Shown in pieces: positions 1 to 9,121 of a stretch of DNA of 35,102 nucleotides. The first letter of the stretch is position 1, and each line of letters begins with the position of its first letter. This stretch comes from Candidatus Hodarchaeota archaeon (GTDB taxonomy: Archaea > Asgardarchaeota > Heimdallarchaeia > Hodarchaeales > Hodarchaeaceae): contig JAHQWW010000027.1 in NCBI GenBank assembly GCA_029856365.1, positions 1 through 35,102 on the forward strand. The letters run 5' to 3'. Below the pieces are notes generated by a model. That model saw only the letters and a list, made by a program, of their open reading frames with translations, did not search any database and had not been told where the DNA came from. The position numbers were made by a program, and so were the translations under genes.

Positions 1-230
1 ATCTAATTAATTGAAATTTCTCTCTTTTTCGAATCATTAGCGTTGCATTTTCTTTAATCTTTTTTTTTTTTTCATTAGGAATTACATAATTTTTTTTTAA
101 TGAAAATATAAAGTTATCATAAATTTCAATAGAAAATTTACCTGATATTTTGCAAATAAAGTTATTTACGCAGTAATTTTATAATTCTAAGAATATTTCA
201 GATATTTCATATAATAATTATTAGCGCAAC

Positions 231-240
231 ATTTTTATAA
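231..240 (+). promoter_or_regulatory. Putative archaeal TATA box (ATTTTTATAA) preceded by a BRE-like GCGCAAC
   Basis: Same 10-mer occurs at 2611-2620 upstream of the 2760 gene; lies ~25 nt before the GC-rich element starting ~265. Confidence 0.45.
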
Positions 241-264
241 CATAACAATTTTAGATGTTGAATA

Positions 265-310
265 AGGGGAGGCTGGAGGAGGAAGGGCACCCAACTTCCT
301 GCCGGCTGTT
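265..310 (+). ncRNA. Candidate small structured RNA
   Basis: GC-rich island in very AT-rich DNA; AGGAAG/CTTCCT inner stem and GGCTGG/CCGGCT outer stem (with G-U pairs); TATA box at suitable spacing; no long ORF. Confidence 0.3.
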
Positions 311-519
311 CTGTATTAATCAAATTAATTTGTTGCATGGGTGACTTTAGAAATGTGTTTTAAGTGTTTAGTGTTAAATTTTTCAATTTATTGGGTGATA
401 ATCACTCTTAAATTTCATCATTCGAGAACAACAGAAAGAAAAAATCCCCACTTTACATCGTTCTAAATTTTCTTTGAGAAGACTGTTATCCTATTAAAAT
501 AGAGATTCTATACATTTTA

Positions 520-1107
520 TTAGAATTTTCCTTGAAATTCTCTTAATATCGATTCTGCCTTTTCTTCTTCATTGTTAATGGTTTGTTCACCATTACTTTG
601 GTCAATCCGTTGAGGTTGTATTACTGCTTCAGCTTCGTTTCGATGACTGGCAATCATTTCTAATATATCCAACATCCCTTCTCCAGTTTTCGCACTACAT
701 TGAATTGGAATAGTGACATTGCTTAGGTAAGTTGGAATTGTCTTTGCTAGGTCTATTTTATTAGCAGTTAAGACAGCCTTTTTTGAGATTTGGGGGTAAT
801 TGTCTTGATAATCCTTAATAAAATCCTCGTACTCACGATAATCCTGTTCTTTAGTCACATCAATAACAAAGAAGATGTTTACAGGATTTTGATTAATAGC
901 ATCTTTCCAATAATGCCTAAAACTTGCTTGTCCTCCAATTTCAATTATCCTAACCTTTGCTACATTCTCTTCAGAAAAACCCAAAGTTGGTTTCTGATGT
1001 TCGAACTTTCCTGTCACGAGACGTCTTAAAATGCTGGTTTTGCCTGCAGCACTGGGTCCAATAAATAACACAAATCCCTTAATCAAGCGTAAAAAGTCAG
1101 ATAGCAT
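520..1107 (-). CDS. Arf/Arl-like small GTPase (Ras superfamily), divergent
   Basis: G1 GPSAAGKTS, switch I PTLGF, G3-like EIGGQ followed by FRHYW, FVID strand, G4 NKID, G5 CSAKTGEG. Confidence 0.9.
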   Translation of the reverse strand: MLSDFLRLIKGFVLFIGPSAAGKTSILRRLVTGKFEHQKPTLGFSEENVAKVRIIEIGGQASFRHYWKDAINQNPVNIFFVIDVTKEQDYREYEDFIKDYQDNYPQISKKAVLTANKIDLAKTIPTYLSNVTIPIQCSAKTGEGMLDILEMIASHRNEAEAVIQPQRIDQSNGEQTINNEEEKAESILREFQGKF

Positions 1108-2272
1108 CAGAACTCCTCCAATTCGTCTTAAAAATATCCAATATTGTTGATGTGAATCGTGGGGCGATATTATAATAAGGAATTGAACTAGGCTGGGCCG
1201 GTAGGACTAAACAACCATGGGTACCAAAAATAATGAAATCACGGTTCATATAATCTCGACCGATATTACCTTTGAGAGGACGTGTTTCAAATTGAGAATT
1301 GTTTGTTGTTTTCGGAACTTTAATATTCTTATTAGAGAGTATCATCACTTTATGGCTTCGTGAAAAGTTCTTACATTCAGCAATCAATGATACAACGCCA
1401 TTATTGCCATTATTATGACGATAGATAGCATTGTCAATGACTCTGATCGTTGAATAATGTTTTAAACATGTTTCTATCCGCATTTTTAATTCAGAAGGAT
1501 AATTGAGAAGTTGATGGGGTATAATTGATTCATAATCATCAGACATGAAAGAATCCAATTTCATCAGGAGGTCCTTATAATAAGTATGTAAAGATTCGAG
1601 ATATGTTAACCGATGTTTCACAAACAGATTTAAGGGGAGACGGGGTTGAATGAACATTTCTTTCTTCTGATGTTTTTTATAAACAATATGAAAAATCTCA
1701 GGACGAGAGGCAATGACAGCATCTTTCTTTCTTCTTTCCCTTTCCAATTCTTCTTTGGATCCGTACTTACTTTCCTTAAGATTAATCAATTGATATAGTT
1801 GATTTCTTGTAATTGACTGATGGAGATAAACAAATGCAATCATCTTGGCTAAAGTCTCTTCGTTATTATATAAAATCTGCATTGCTCTTATGAAGGTATC
1901 TTCAACCAATTGCATGTTTTTAATCTCAGATGCTTCTTGGAGGAATCTAGCGGCATTTCGTTGTGTTTCTAATCTTTTTCTAAGCTGAACCTCCAAATCA
2001 TCTTGACTTAGTAGAAGAACGAGCGCCATTGGCATTAGTTCCGTGTTTTTCCGAATATATCCCATTTTCACAAGTTCATCTACTCTTATACTAACAGTAG
2101 GTTGAGCAATGCCAATAAGATTTGTCAAGACATTTAAAGTTGTGTAACCACCAAGTATAAACATCAAAGCAAGTATTCGAGAATGTTGTTCATTGATGTT
2201 GTCCTCTAGGATATCGATCAAAAGGGGTTCGAATGTCACGGTTTCGTTAGTAATAGTTACTAGGCCAACCAT
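1097..2272 (-). CDS. TrmB-like winged-helix transcription regulator
   Basis: N-terminal wHTH (TTLNVLTNLIGIAQPTVSIRVDELVKMGYI), coiled linker, possible second wHTH, C-terminal alpha/beta domain ending F..W as in TrmB effector domains; overlaps GTPase start by 11 nt. Confidence 0.65.
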   Translation of the reverse strand: MVGLVTITNETVTFEPLLIDILEDNINEQHSRILALMFILGGYTTLNVLTNLIGIAQPTVSIRVDELVKMGYIRKNTELMPMALVLLLSQDDLEVQLRKRLETQRNAARFLQEASEIKNMQLVEDTFIRAMQILYNNEETLAKMIAFVYLHQSITRNQLYQLINLKESKYGSKEELERERRKKDAVIASRPEIFHIVYKKHQKKEMFIQPRLPLNLFVKHRLTYLESLHTYYKDLLMKLDSFMSDDYESIIPHQLLNYPSELKMRIETCLKHYSTIRVIDNAIYRHNNGNNGVVSLIAECKNFSRSHKVMILSNKNIKVPKTTNNSQFETRPLKGNIGRDYMNRDFIIFGTHGCLVLPAQPSSIPYYNIAPRFTSTILDIFKTNWRSSDAI

Positions 2273-2759
2273 TGCTTTTCAGCTAAGAAAGAGATGTTTT
2301 CTGGTGTCTAATTACTAGAGTTATTCATACCTTATAAATTTATTTATGAAATTTTTACAGTTTGGTTATACATAATAATCTAATATTTCTAGTTAATAAC
2401 AAAGGCCCAACATTTAAGTATATAATGAATGCAAATATGTGATATAATAAACATTTTCATCCAGTATATTTTGAATTATTGTATTTTGGGGAAAAAATTT
2501 AGCTATTAGCCGTTTTTAAATAAAGATACATGTTTTTAAGATATCTAAAGTTAAATTATACTTTATTTAGCAAATTATATCTTATTATATATTATAATTT
2601 TTTTCGAAATATTTTTATAATATTAAAATTATAAATCAAATAATGCTTAACTTAATTCAAAGTGCCTATCAGTGATTAATTTTTAAACAATATTCACGAT
2701 CCATCAGGAAGACACTTTCTCCAGTATCCAAATTATGATTTAATTTAAAGAAAGAAATT

Positions 2760-4021
2760 TTGATGATAAAAATGAAAAATCACGTAGCTAGACTAAAAAT
2801 ACAAATCATCTTGGCAATATTAGGTATGTTGATATTTACAGCTTATTTGAATAGTTGGATATTTGAACCAAATCCTTTGATTGATACAGAGGATACTTTT
2901 TCTAATAATTCAATAGATCGACCCAAGGTAGACGGGGTTGTAACGAGGAGTTTATCTGAGTAATTACCTGACAACAACACTTGGAAAGATTTCGTCTTGG
3001 ATTACGATGATAACGGGCTCTATGATAAGCTTGTGGTGAATTTAGGAGGTCTAGATCAGATAAGTCAAGAGTTTTACCTTTATGGACTTCTAAAAAACAG
3101 TAGTGGTTCTTGGCTTGGACTTTCATATGCCTATATTGATAGTTATTCAAAGAATAATATATCAATTTATTTCGCGGGACAACCTATCAATGCTAGTGGA
3201 TCAGATGGCCAGTACGAAGTGTGGATAATATTATATCTACAAACATACTATTCAGAAATAATGAGTCTGGAATTTGGTTATTTAATAATAATCATAAAAA
3301 TATAGTTAAAAATAACACTATTTATGACAATAGCTTTGCAGGTATCTTCTTACTAACCTCTAATGAAAATGATATCACCCAAAATATTGTATATGATAAT
3401 GTAATGGGGATTGTGTTAAGTTCCTCTAACTATAATGTTTTATCCAACAACTCTGCTCGAGGAATTCACCTAGATACTAACAGTAATTTCAACGAGATTC
3501 ATCAAAATACCCTGGAGTTGAATCTTGGTAATGGTCTATACATTGAGAACTCAGAGAATAACATAATTTTCGAGAATATTTTTTATAAGAATAATGAATA
3601 TGGAATCTATCTTGATATAAATACCAATAACAATAAAATAGAGTGGAATGATATCATTGGCAATAATCCATCATTACCTGGTTATTCCCAGGCTTACGAT
3701 GATGGATCAGATAACAGTTTTTCTAATAACTTTTGGGATGAGTGGGTCAGTCCTGATACTAATGCTGATGGCATTGTAGACGACCCGTACGCGATCGATG
3801 GTGTTGCAATTAACTCTGATCCTAATCCGATAGCACTTCCTTCAGAGTCACAATCTTCAACGATTCCTCTGTCTAGTTCTTCAACACCTGCTACTATTAT
3901 TACTACTACAACGCAAACTAGTTCCACAGAAGAGCGAGGGCCAGGTTTTAGCGGAATTTTTGTACTCATATCAGTTTTAACATTCGTGTTTTTAATGAGA
4001 GTAAAACAAAAAATCAAATGA
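2760..4021 (+). pseudogene. Disrupted cell-surface protein: signal peptide, DxDxNGLYD beta domain, NosD/right-handed beta-helix repeats, S/T linker, PGF-CTERM-like anchor
   Basis: ORFs 2760-2963 and 2997-3305 share a frame, separated by one TAA (2961-2963; RSLSE*LPDNNTWKDFVLDYDDNG); frame change near 3221-3255 into GIxL..SNxNxI repeats; ends PGF + hydrophobic helix + basic tail. Confidence 0.75.
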
Positions 4022-4099
4022 GCACATATTTCTTCCTTTTTTCCAGGATCTTAATGTTTGATAGAGCTAGGAAAAATTCTTCGGATCTTTTTCAATATT

Positions 4100-4420
4100 C
4101 TATGAAATTTCTACTAATATTCGTTTCAGTGATTTAGAATACTTCTTTAAGGCTTCCCTCCCTTCTGCTGTGATATGAATAACCGTTCTGGGCCTGTAAT
4201 TCACGAATGTTTTTTCTTTAACAACAAAGCCCTCTGTATCAAGTTTTGTTAGATGTGTGTTTAAATTTCCAGATGTTACACCCAATCCTTTTTGAATCAC
4301 ACTAAAGGTGAGGGAAGAATTCAGATGAAGTAGAATCAGTATTCCTAATCGTACTGGTTCGTGCAATGTTGAATCTAACTCACCAATAAGAGCCTCAACG
4401 GATACTTGACTCTCTTTCAT
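4100..4420 (-). CDS. Winged-helix transcription regulator (HTH_34, ArsR/MarR-like)
   Basis: LHEPVRLGIL, TSGNLNTHLTKL, PRTVIHITAEGREAL motifs. Confidence 0.9.
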   Translation of the reverse strand: MKESQVSVEALIGELDSTLHEPVRLGILILLHLNSSLTFSVIQKGLGVTSGNLNTHLTKLDTEGFVVKEKTFVNYRPRTVIHITAEGREALKKYSKSLKRILVEIS

Positions 4421-5134
4421 CTAATTAACTTTCCCAAGATCATTCTTTAGCTTCTTGTGGGACACACCAAGCTTCCAATACGTAATCATACTAACTATTA
4501 ATAAAATTATACCAAAAATGTTACAAAAAAGAAACATTGCTAATTCTGGATCATTTGAATAGAATATTATTGATGAGATAATGCCGAGTCCAAGAGCAAA
4601 TAATCCAAAAGAAGATAATCCTAATTTTATATCTTTATTTCCCGTTTCTAAGAACAAAATTCTACTAGCGAACAGGAATCCGATACATATCATTGTACCC
4701 CATATGCTAGGAATGAATCGTGAGTCAGGAGTATCTATTATACCAATAAATAGCACTAAAACGTGTGTGAGAATGAAAAGCCCAATAGTTATTGCTCCTA
4801 TATTTCGATACGCTTTATTCCAATTAATAAAGCCTGGCGAAATTCCAGCAGTAAATATAATAATACCAATGAGGGGTATAAGATAAATTAACCATAACCC
4901 CAATAGTAAAATTGGTTCAGTATCAGAAGCTAATCCAAAAATGAAGAAGGTGGAATCTACATCCAAAAAATGATAACACACATATTCAATCCAACCTCCA
5001 ATGATAGCAATAAACCCAGCAAGGCTTAAGAATAATAAAAGTCGGTTGTGTTCCATTTTTTCTTCAAATGCTACTATTTTATCTAAAATTTCAAGAGTGG
5101 GCTGCAGATCAGATAATAAATCCATATTTATCAC
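4421..5134 (-). CDS. Integral membrane protein (~6 TM), partner of the wHTH regulator
   Basis: Several hydrophobic helices; its TAG directly abuts the regulator ATG. Confidence 0.8.
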   Translation of the reverse strand: MINMDLLSDLQPTLEILDKIVAFEEKMEHNRLLLFLSLAGFIAIIGGWIEYVCYHFLDVDSTFFIFGLASDTEPILLLGLWLIYLIPLIGIIIFTAGISPGFINWNKAYRNIGAITIGLFILTHVLVLFIGIIDTPDSRFIPSIWGTMICIGFLFASRILFLETGNKDIKLGLSSFGLFALGLGIISSIIFYSNDPELAMFLFCNIFGIILLIVSMITYWKLGVSHKKLKNDLGKVN

Positions 5135-5207
5135 TATTCTTTATGTTTTTTTGTGCCATATGAAGTGAATTTCACGTTTATGAGACAAATATGCACATAT
5201 ACTTACT

Positions 5208-5241
5208 AGTTTCTACCACAAAGTATTTTCTGGTGGAAAAC
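5208..5241. promoter_or_regulatory. Tandem pseudo-palindromic operator candidate
   Basis: AGTTT-N7-AAAGT (5208-5224) followed directly by ATTTT-N7-AAAAC (5225-5241); together an imperfect inverted repeat ~75-105 nt upstream of the membrane protein/wHTH operon. Confidence 0.4.
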
Positions 5242-5692
5242 TTCATTGGATTTTTTAAAGATCTTTTGGGTTCATTAAACCATGTGCAATAACAGCATCA
5301 TAAAATGGTCAGACATTCATCTAAATAATAAAGTTTTCTTCTACAAGTTGAAGAAAGTTATTAAAACTAGTCAAGTTCAATTAGGTTCAATTGATTTACG
5401 TATTTGTAACATAAGACTGGATGAATGTTGTAACACTATTGTATTATGTTCATTATATGGAAGATTTTTACTATATAAAGTTGTATTATCGAAAATATCT
5501 AATTCTACAATCCCACATTTTCAGTTATCAACAACCATCGAGTTTTGTCATTATATTTTCCTTGGGAAAATTTATATAACATATAATTCTGAATTAAATA
5601 AATTGTCCATATTGACAGTAACAAGAGAATTAGAGTAAGTAGACTCATAGTTTAACTTTACCTAATGTAAAATAAAGAATAAGGCGATAAAT

Positions 5693-6379
5693 TTGAAAAA
5701 AGGTTTATCCATCGGAAAAATCAACATTTTCCTGTTTGTTATAATTTCTATTATGGTTATGAATTGTTGGAGTGGAGATAATACATCACAAGAGATGATT
5801 ATTCCTGTTTTAAGTAGCAATAATAAAACGGATTTAATCATAATTAATGAATCATTAAATCATAAAATTATTGAACATAAAACCACTAAAACAAATTATA
5901 ATGGTCATGAGTATCAGTTAATCTCTTATTTAAGGACGTGGTCTGGAGCAAAGTCTGACTGTGAATCTCGGGGAGGGTATTTGGTGACTATTACTAGCCA
6001 AGAAGAGAATGATTTCATTAGTAGCTTGATCGGAGAAGATGATATCTGGATTGGATTCACTGATGAAGCAAATGAAGGAGACTGGCAATGGGTTACTGGA
6101 GAGTCTGTCACTTATACTAACTGGATTCCAGGGGAACCTAATGATAGTGGCGAGGGTGAAGATTACGCTGCAACGTCAACGTCAGGAGGATGGAATGATT
6201 TAGCAGATTTAGAAACCCATTATTACATCTGTGAATGGGGTACCTCAACTCCTCCACCAGATTTCTCATTTCCTATTCTTGGATTGGCATTCCTAGCCGT
6301 TATCCCAGAGCTTTACTTCGGTAGGAGGATAAATAAAGCACTAAGTCGAAAGAGTAAAGAAGAAGTGGGACGCACATGA
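5693..6379 (+). CDS. Membrane-anchored C-type lectin domain protein
   Basis: Signal peptide; TW..AK.DC...GGYLVTITS.EEN, WIGF, GEPND, WND, YICE motifs; C-terminal TM and basic tail. Confidence 0.92.
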   Translation: MKKGLSIGKINIFLFVIISIMVMNCWSGDNTSQEMIIPVLSSNNKTDLIIINESLNHKIIEHKTTKTNYNGHEYQLISYLRTWSGAKSDCESRGGYLVTITSQEENDFISSLIGEDDIWIGFTDEANEGDWQWVTGESVTYTNWIPGEPNDSGEGEDYAATSTSGGWNDLADLETHYYICEWGTSTPPPDFSFPILGLAFLAVIPELYFGRRINKALSRKSKEEVGRT

Positions 6380-7110
6380 TTGAAACTGAAAAAAAGGCAA
6401 TTGACATTGAAGAATTCAGCCCAGCTGAACCATTATATCGAGAGAATGTGATTCGCCATTTGGTACGTCTTGCATCCGTGATAGCAATCGGACTTCTAGG
6501 AGTAAGTGTTTTCCCGCACTATCTTCCAGATCTTGAAGTTTACACAAACATATTGTCTCCAATGTTGATCTTTACTCTTATGATAGTCTTTTTAGCAGGT
6601 ATCTTCTTAGCATTTTTCCAATTGCGTTGGGTTAATGAAAAGAGAAATAAGTCAACTAATTTAGGAGGGACAGTGGGTCTCTTCGGATTGTTTTTAACAC
6701 TCATTAGTAGTATATCGTCACTTATTGCCATTCCACTAGCAGTTCTTATCCTGCTAATCGGCTTAGGAATCCTTCTAACACTTGTTGGTTTCTTTGCTGA
6801 GATGACTCGCATTGATGAACCACTGGTGTTCTGGTTCAGAGTGAATCTGGAGGATGTTATTCGTTATACTATAACGATAGCTGGAGCTTTCTTGGTCAAC
6901 TGGAGTGTAATAATGATTGTTTCGCTCCTCTTAGTTGATTGGGGTGTATTAACAATCTTTGTCTGGCCTGGCGACCTAATTGGAGGATTGGTGATTGGTG
7001 GTGTCGGAATGGTTCTTGTGTGGGGTTCCTGGTTTCGTCAAATCAATCAGACAATTTGGAGATACAGAGTTGAAATTGTTAGAACTATTGAATTAAGTTT
7101 AAGTCAGTAG
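6376..7110 (+). CDS. Multi-pass membrane protein, probably C-terminally truncated
   Basis: ATGA overlap with lectin gene; ~6 TM helices; ends abruptly where an unrelated EEP fragment begins. Confidence 0.65.
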   Translation: MIETEKKAIDIEEFSPAEPLYRENVIRHLVRLASVIAIGLLGVSVFPHYLPDLEVYTNILSPMLIFTLMIVFLAGIFLAFFQLRWVNEKRNKSTNLGGTVGLFGLFLTLISSISSLIAIPLAVLILLIGLGILLTLVGFFAEMTRIDEPLVFWFRVNLEDVIRYTITIAGAFLVNWSVIMIVSLLLVDWGVLTIFVWPGDLIGGLVIGGVGMVLVWGSWFRQINQTIWRYRVEIVRTIELSLSQ

Positions 7111-7124
7111 AGAATCTACTACAA

Positions 7125-7691
7125 GCAGGAGAATTTAGTCCAATATTCTATCATGAGCTTAAAATAAAGAATAGCGGGACATTTTGGTTGAGTGACACAT
7201 CTGATACATGTTTTAATACTTGAGGAGGGTTATTTAGAATTTGTACGTGGATTAATTTCGAGAATAGCATACCATTCGCCGTCTATAATACACGCTTTGA
7301 AGATACTGAATCTTCGATACGATTGAAGAGCATTCCCCTAGTGATTACAAGAATAAAAAACCAATCCCCAAATCGGCCAATAATATTGAGTGGAGATCTA
7401 AATTTTGGAAGGAATTCGGAAGAATACATGAAATTCAGTCAACACTTTCGCGACACTTACTGTATTTAGAATAATAAATTCCGTTGGGCTGTTAAATCCC
7501 ATGGATTCAAAGGGAAAAAAAGGTCCTTTCTATCCTGGAATGGTAAATACATCATTGATTTTATATGGGTCAAAAGCTCCATTAAATTTCAAAACATTCG
7601 GATTATTCATGATAATCCTGGAAAAGATCCCTCAATTTTACCATCAGATCATTGGCCAGTAATTTCTGATCTAACTCTGTATAATCCCTAA
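7125..7691 (+). pseudogene. Endonuclease/exonuclease/phosphatase (EEP) family remnant
   Basis: Manual translation: GEFSPIFY..SGTFWLSDT..NT*GG..RICTW..NTRF..ILSGDLN..YCI*..IDFIW..PSDHWPV; stops at 7221 (TGA) and 7467 (TAG); N-terminus missing. Confidence 0.85.
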
Positions 7692-7772
7692 TAAGAAGGA
7701 TTAAAACAAAAGTCGGGAAAATTAACAATAGCTATTAGAATAATAAATTAAGAATTTTATAGGTGATTCGCA

Positions 7773-8582
7773 GTGGATTCAGGACTCAATGGTGCGCATG
7801 TATTAATAACTGGAGCCAGTGGAGGCATTGGGCAAGCAATTGCTAAGTTCTTTGATGAAGAAGGTTGCTGCCTTTCACTTCATTATAATAAAAATAAAAA
7901 GCAGATTTTAAGATTTAGTTCGGAGTTAGAAGGCGATCATTGCTTACTTCAAGCCGATTTGTCCTCAGAAGTACAAACTAAAGAACTTTTTCGCGACAGC
8001 ATTGCTACCTATGGACGGATAGACTGCCTTGTGGTAAACCATGGCATCTGGCCAGAAAGTCCCGTTCCTGTTCATGAAATGAAATTAGAACAGTGGGATA
8101 AGACTATAGCAATCAATCTTCGTGCAGCCTTCATTTGTAGCAAACAGTATGTTCAAAACTTAGTAACTTTTCCTAAAGAGTTCGCTAGTATAGTCTATAT
8201 TAGCAGCACTGCTGGAGTATTTGGGGAAGCAGGCCATGCTGATTATGCTGTTTCAAAATCTGGTCTCCATGGATTGATGCTATCATTAAAAAATGAAATA
8301 ACTCACATTGCGTCTCGTGGTAGAGTTAACATCGTCGCACCAGGTTGGACTATTACTCCTATGACTGAAAAATTTCTGGAAGATCATGAAGGCATTCGAA
8401 GTGCGCTGCAAACAATACCACTTCGGAAATTAGCGCGTCCAGAGGATATTGCAAGGGTTGTTGTGTTTCTATCTTCAGATAGGCTTGCGAGTCACATTTC
8501 AGGTCAAGTGATCACCGTAGCGGGTGGTATGGAGGGACGAAAACTCTTTGAACCACATGAAATAGACATAAATGGAATCTAG
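7773..8582 (+). CDS. Short-chain dehydrogenase/reductase (SDR)
   Basis: TGASGGIG, VNHG, catalytic YAVSK, RVNIVAPGW; GGTGA RBS upstream. Confidence 0.93.
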   Translation: MDSGLNGAHVLITGASGGIGQAIAKFFDEEGCCLSLHYNKNKKQILRFSSELEGDHCLLQADLSSEVQTKELFRDSIATYGRIDCLVVNHGIWPESPVPVHEMKLEQWDKTIAINLRAAFICSKQYVQNLVTFPKEFASIVYISSTAGVFGEAGHADYAVSKSGLHGLMLSLKNEITHIASRGRVNIVAPGWTITPMTEKFLEDHEGIRSALQTIPLRKLARPEDIARVVVFLSSDRLASHISGQVITVAGGMEGRKLFEPHEIDINGI

Positions 8583-8613
8583 CGTCTCATTCTGTTAGAG
8601 AAGAGGTAGTGGA

Positions 8614-9105
8614 ATGGAAAATTCACCAAGTGTTCAGTTTAAGGTCATTGGTTATATTCGCACACCATTTAAAGAGAAAAAATGAACTCCGATTCAATCC
8701 TGTTACTCTAATGTGGAGGGTCGGATTGAAATCTTTCCTCAATATGTTAAGGGTTTACATGATTTAGAGGATTTTTCTCATTTACAGTTAATCTATCATT
8801 TCCATAGAGCAAATGAGGTGAAATTAAAATTAACTCCTTTTATAGATGAGGAAGAAAGAGGAATTTTCTCAACAAGAGCTCCTCTTAGGCCAAATCCAAT
8901 TGGTATTTCTATAGTGGAATTAATTTCTATTAATCACGCTTCAAGCATTCTTCATATTCGAGGAGTGGATATGCTAGATTTCACTCCTTTATTAGACATT
9001 AAACCCTATGTTTCACTCTTTGATCATCGAGAGGCTAAAACAGGGTGGATCTCACGCTCTTTACAAGAATTTCAGAATGATAGGTTCTCAAATGGTCGTT
9101 TCTAA
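8614..9105 (+). pseudogene. trmO: tRNA (N6-threonylcarbamoyladenosine(37)-N6)-methyltransferase TrmO/TsaA with an in-frame TGA
   Basis: From ATG 8614: MENSPSVQFKVIGYIRTPFKEKK*TPIQ, then GLHDLEDFSH, RGIFSTRAPLRPNPIG, DFTPLLDIKPY; TGA at 8683-8685. Confidence 0.85.
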
Positions 9106-9121
9106 TCTTGTGTGTAAGTTT

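Noticed and set aside
5282-5638. 118-aa ORF between divergent operons
   Set aside because: No motif or RBS, atypical composition, lies in an AT-rich promoter region; probably spurious
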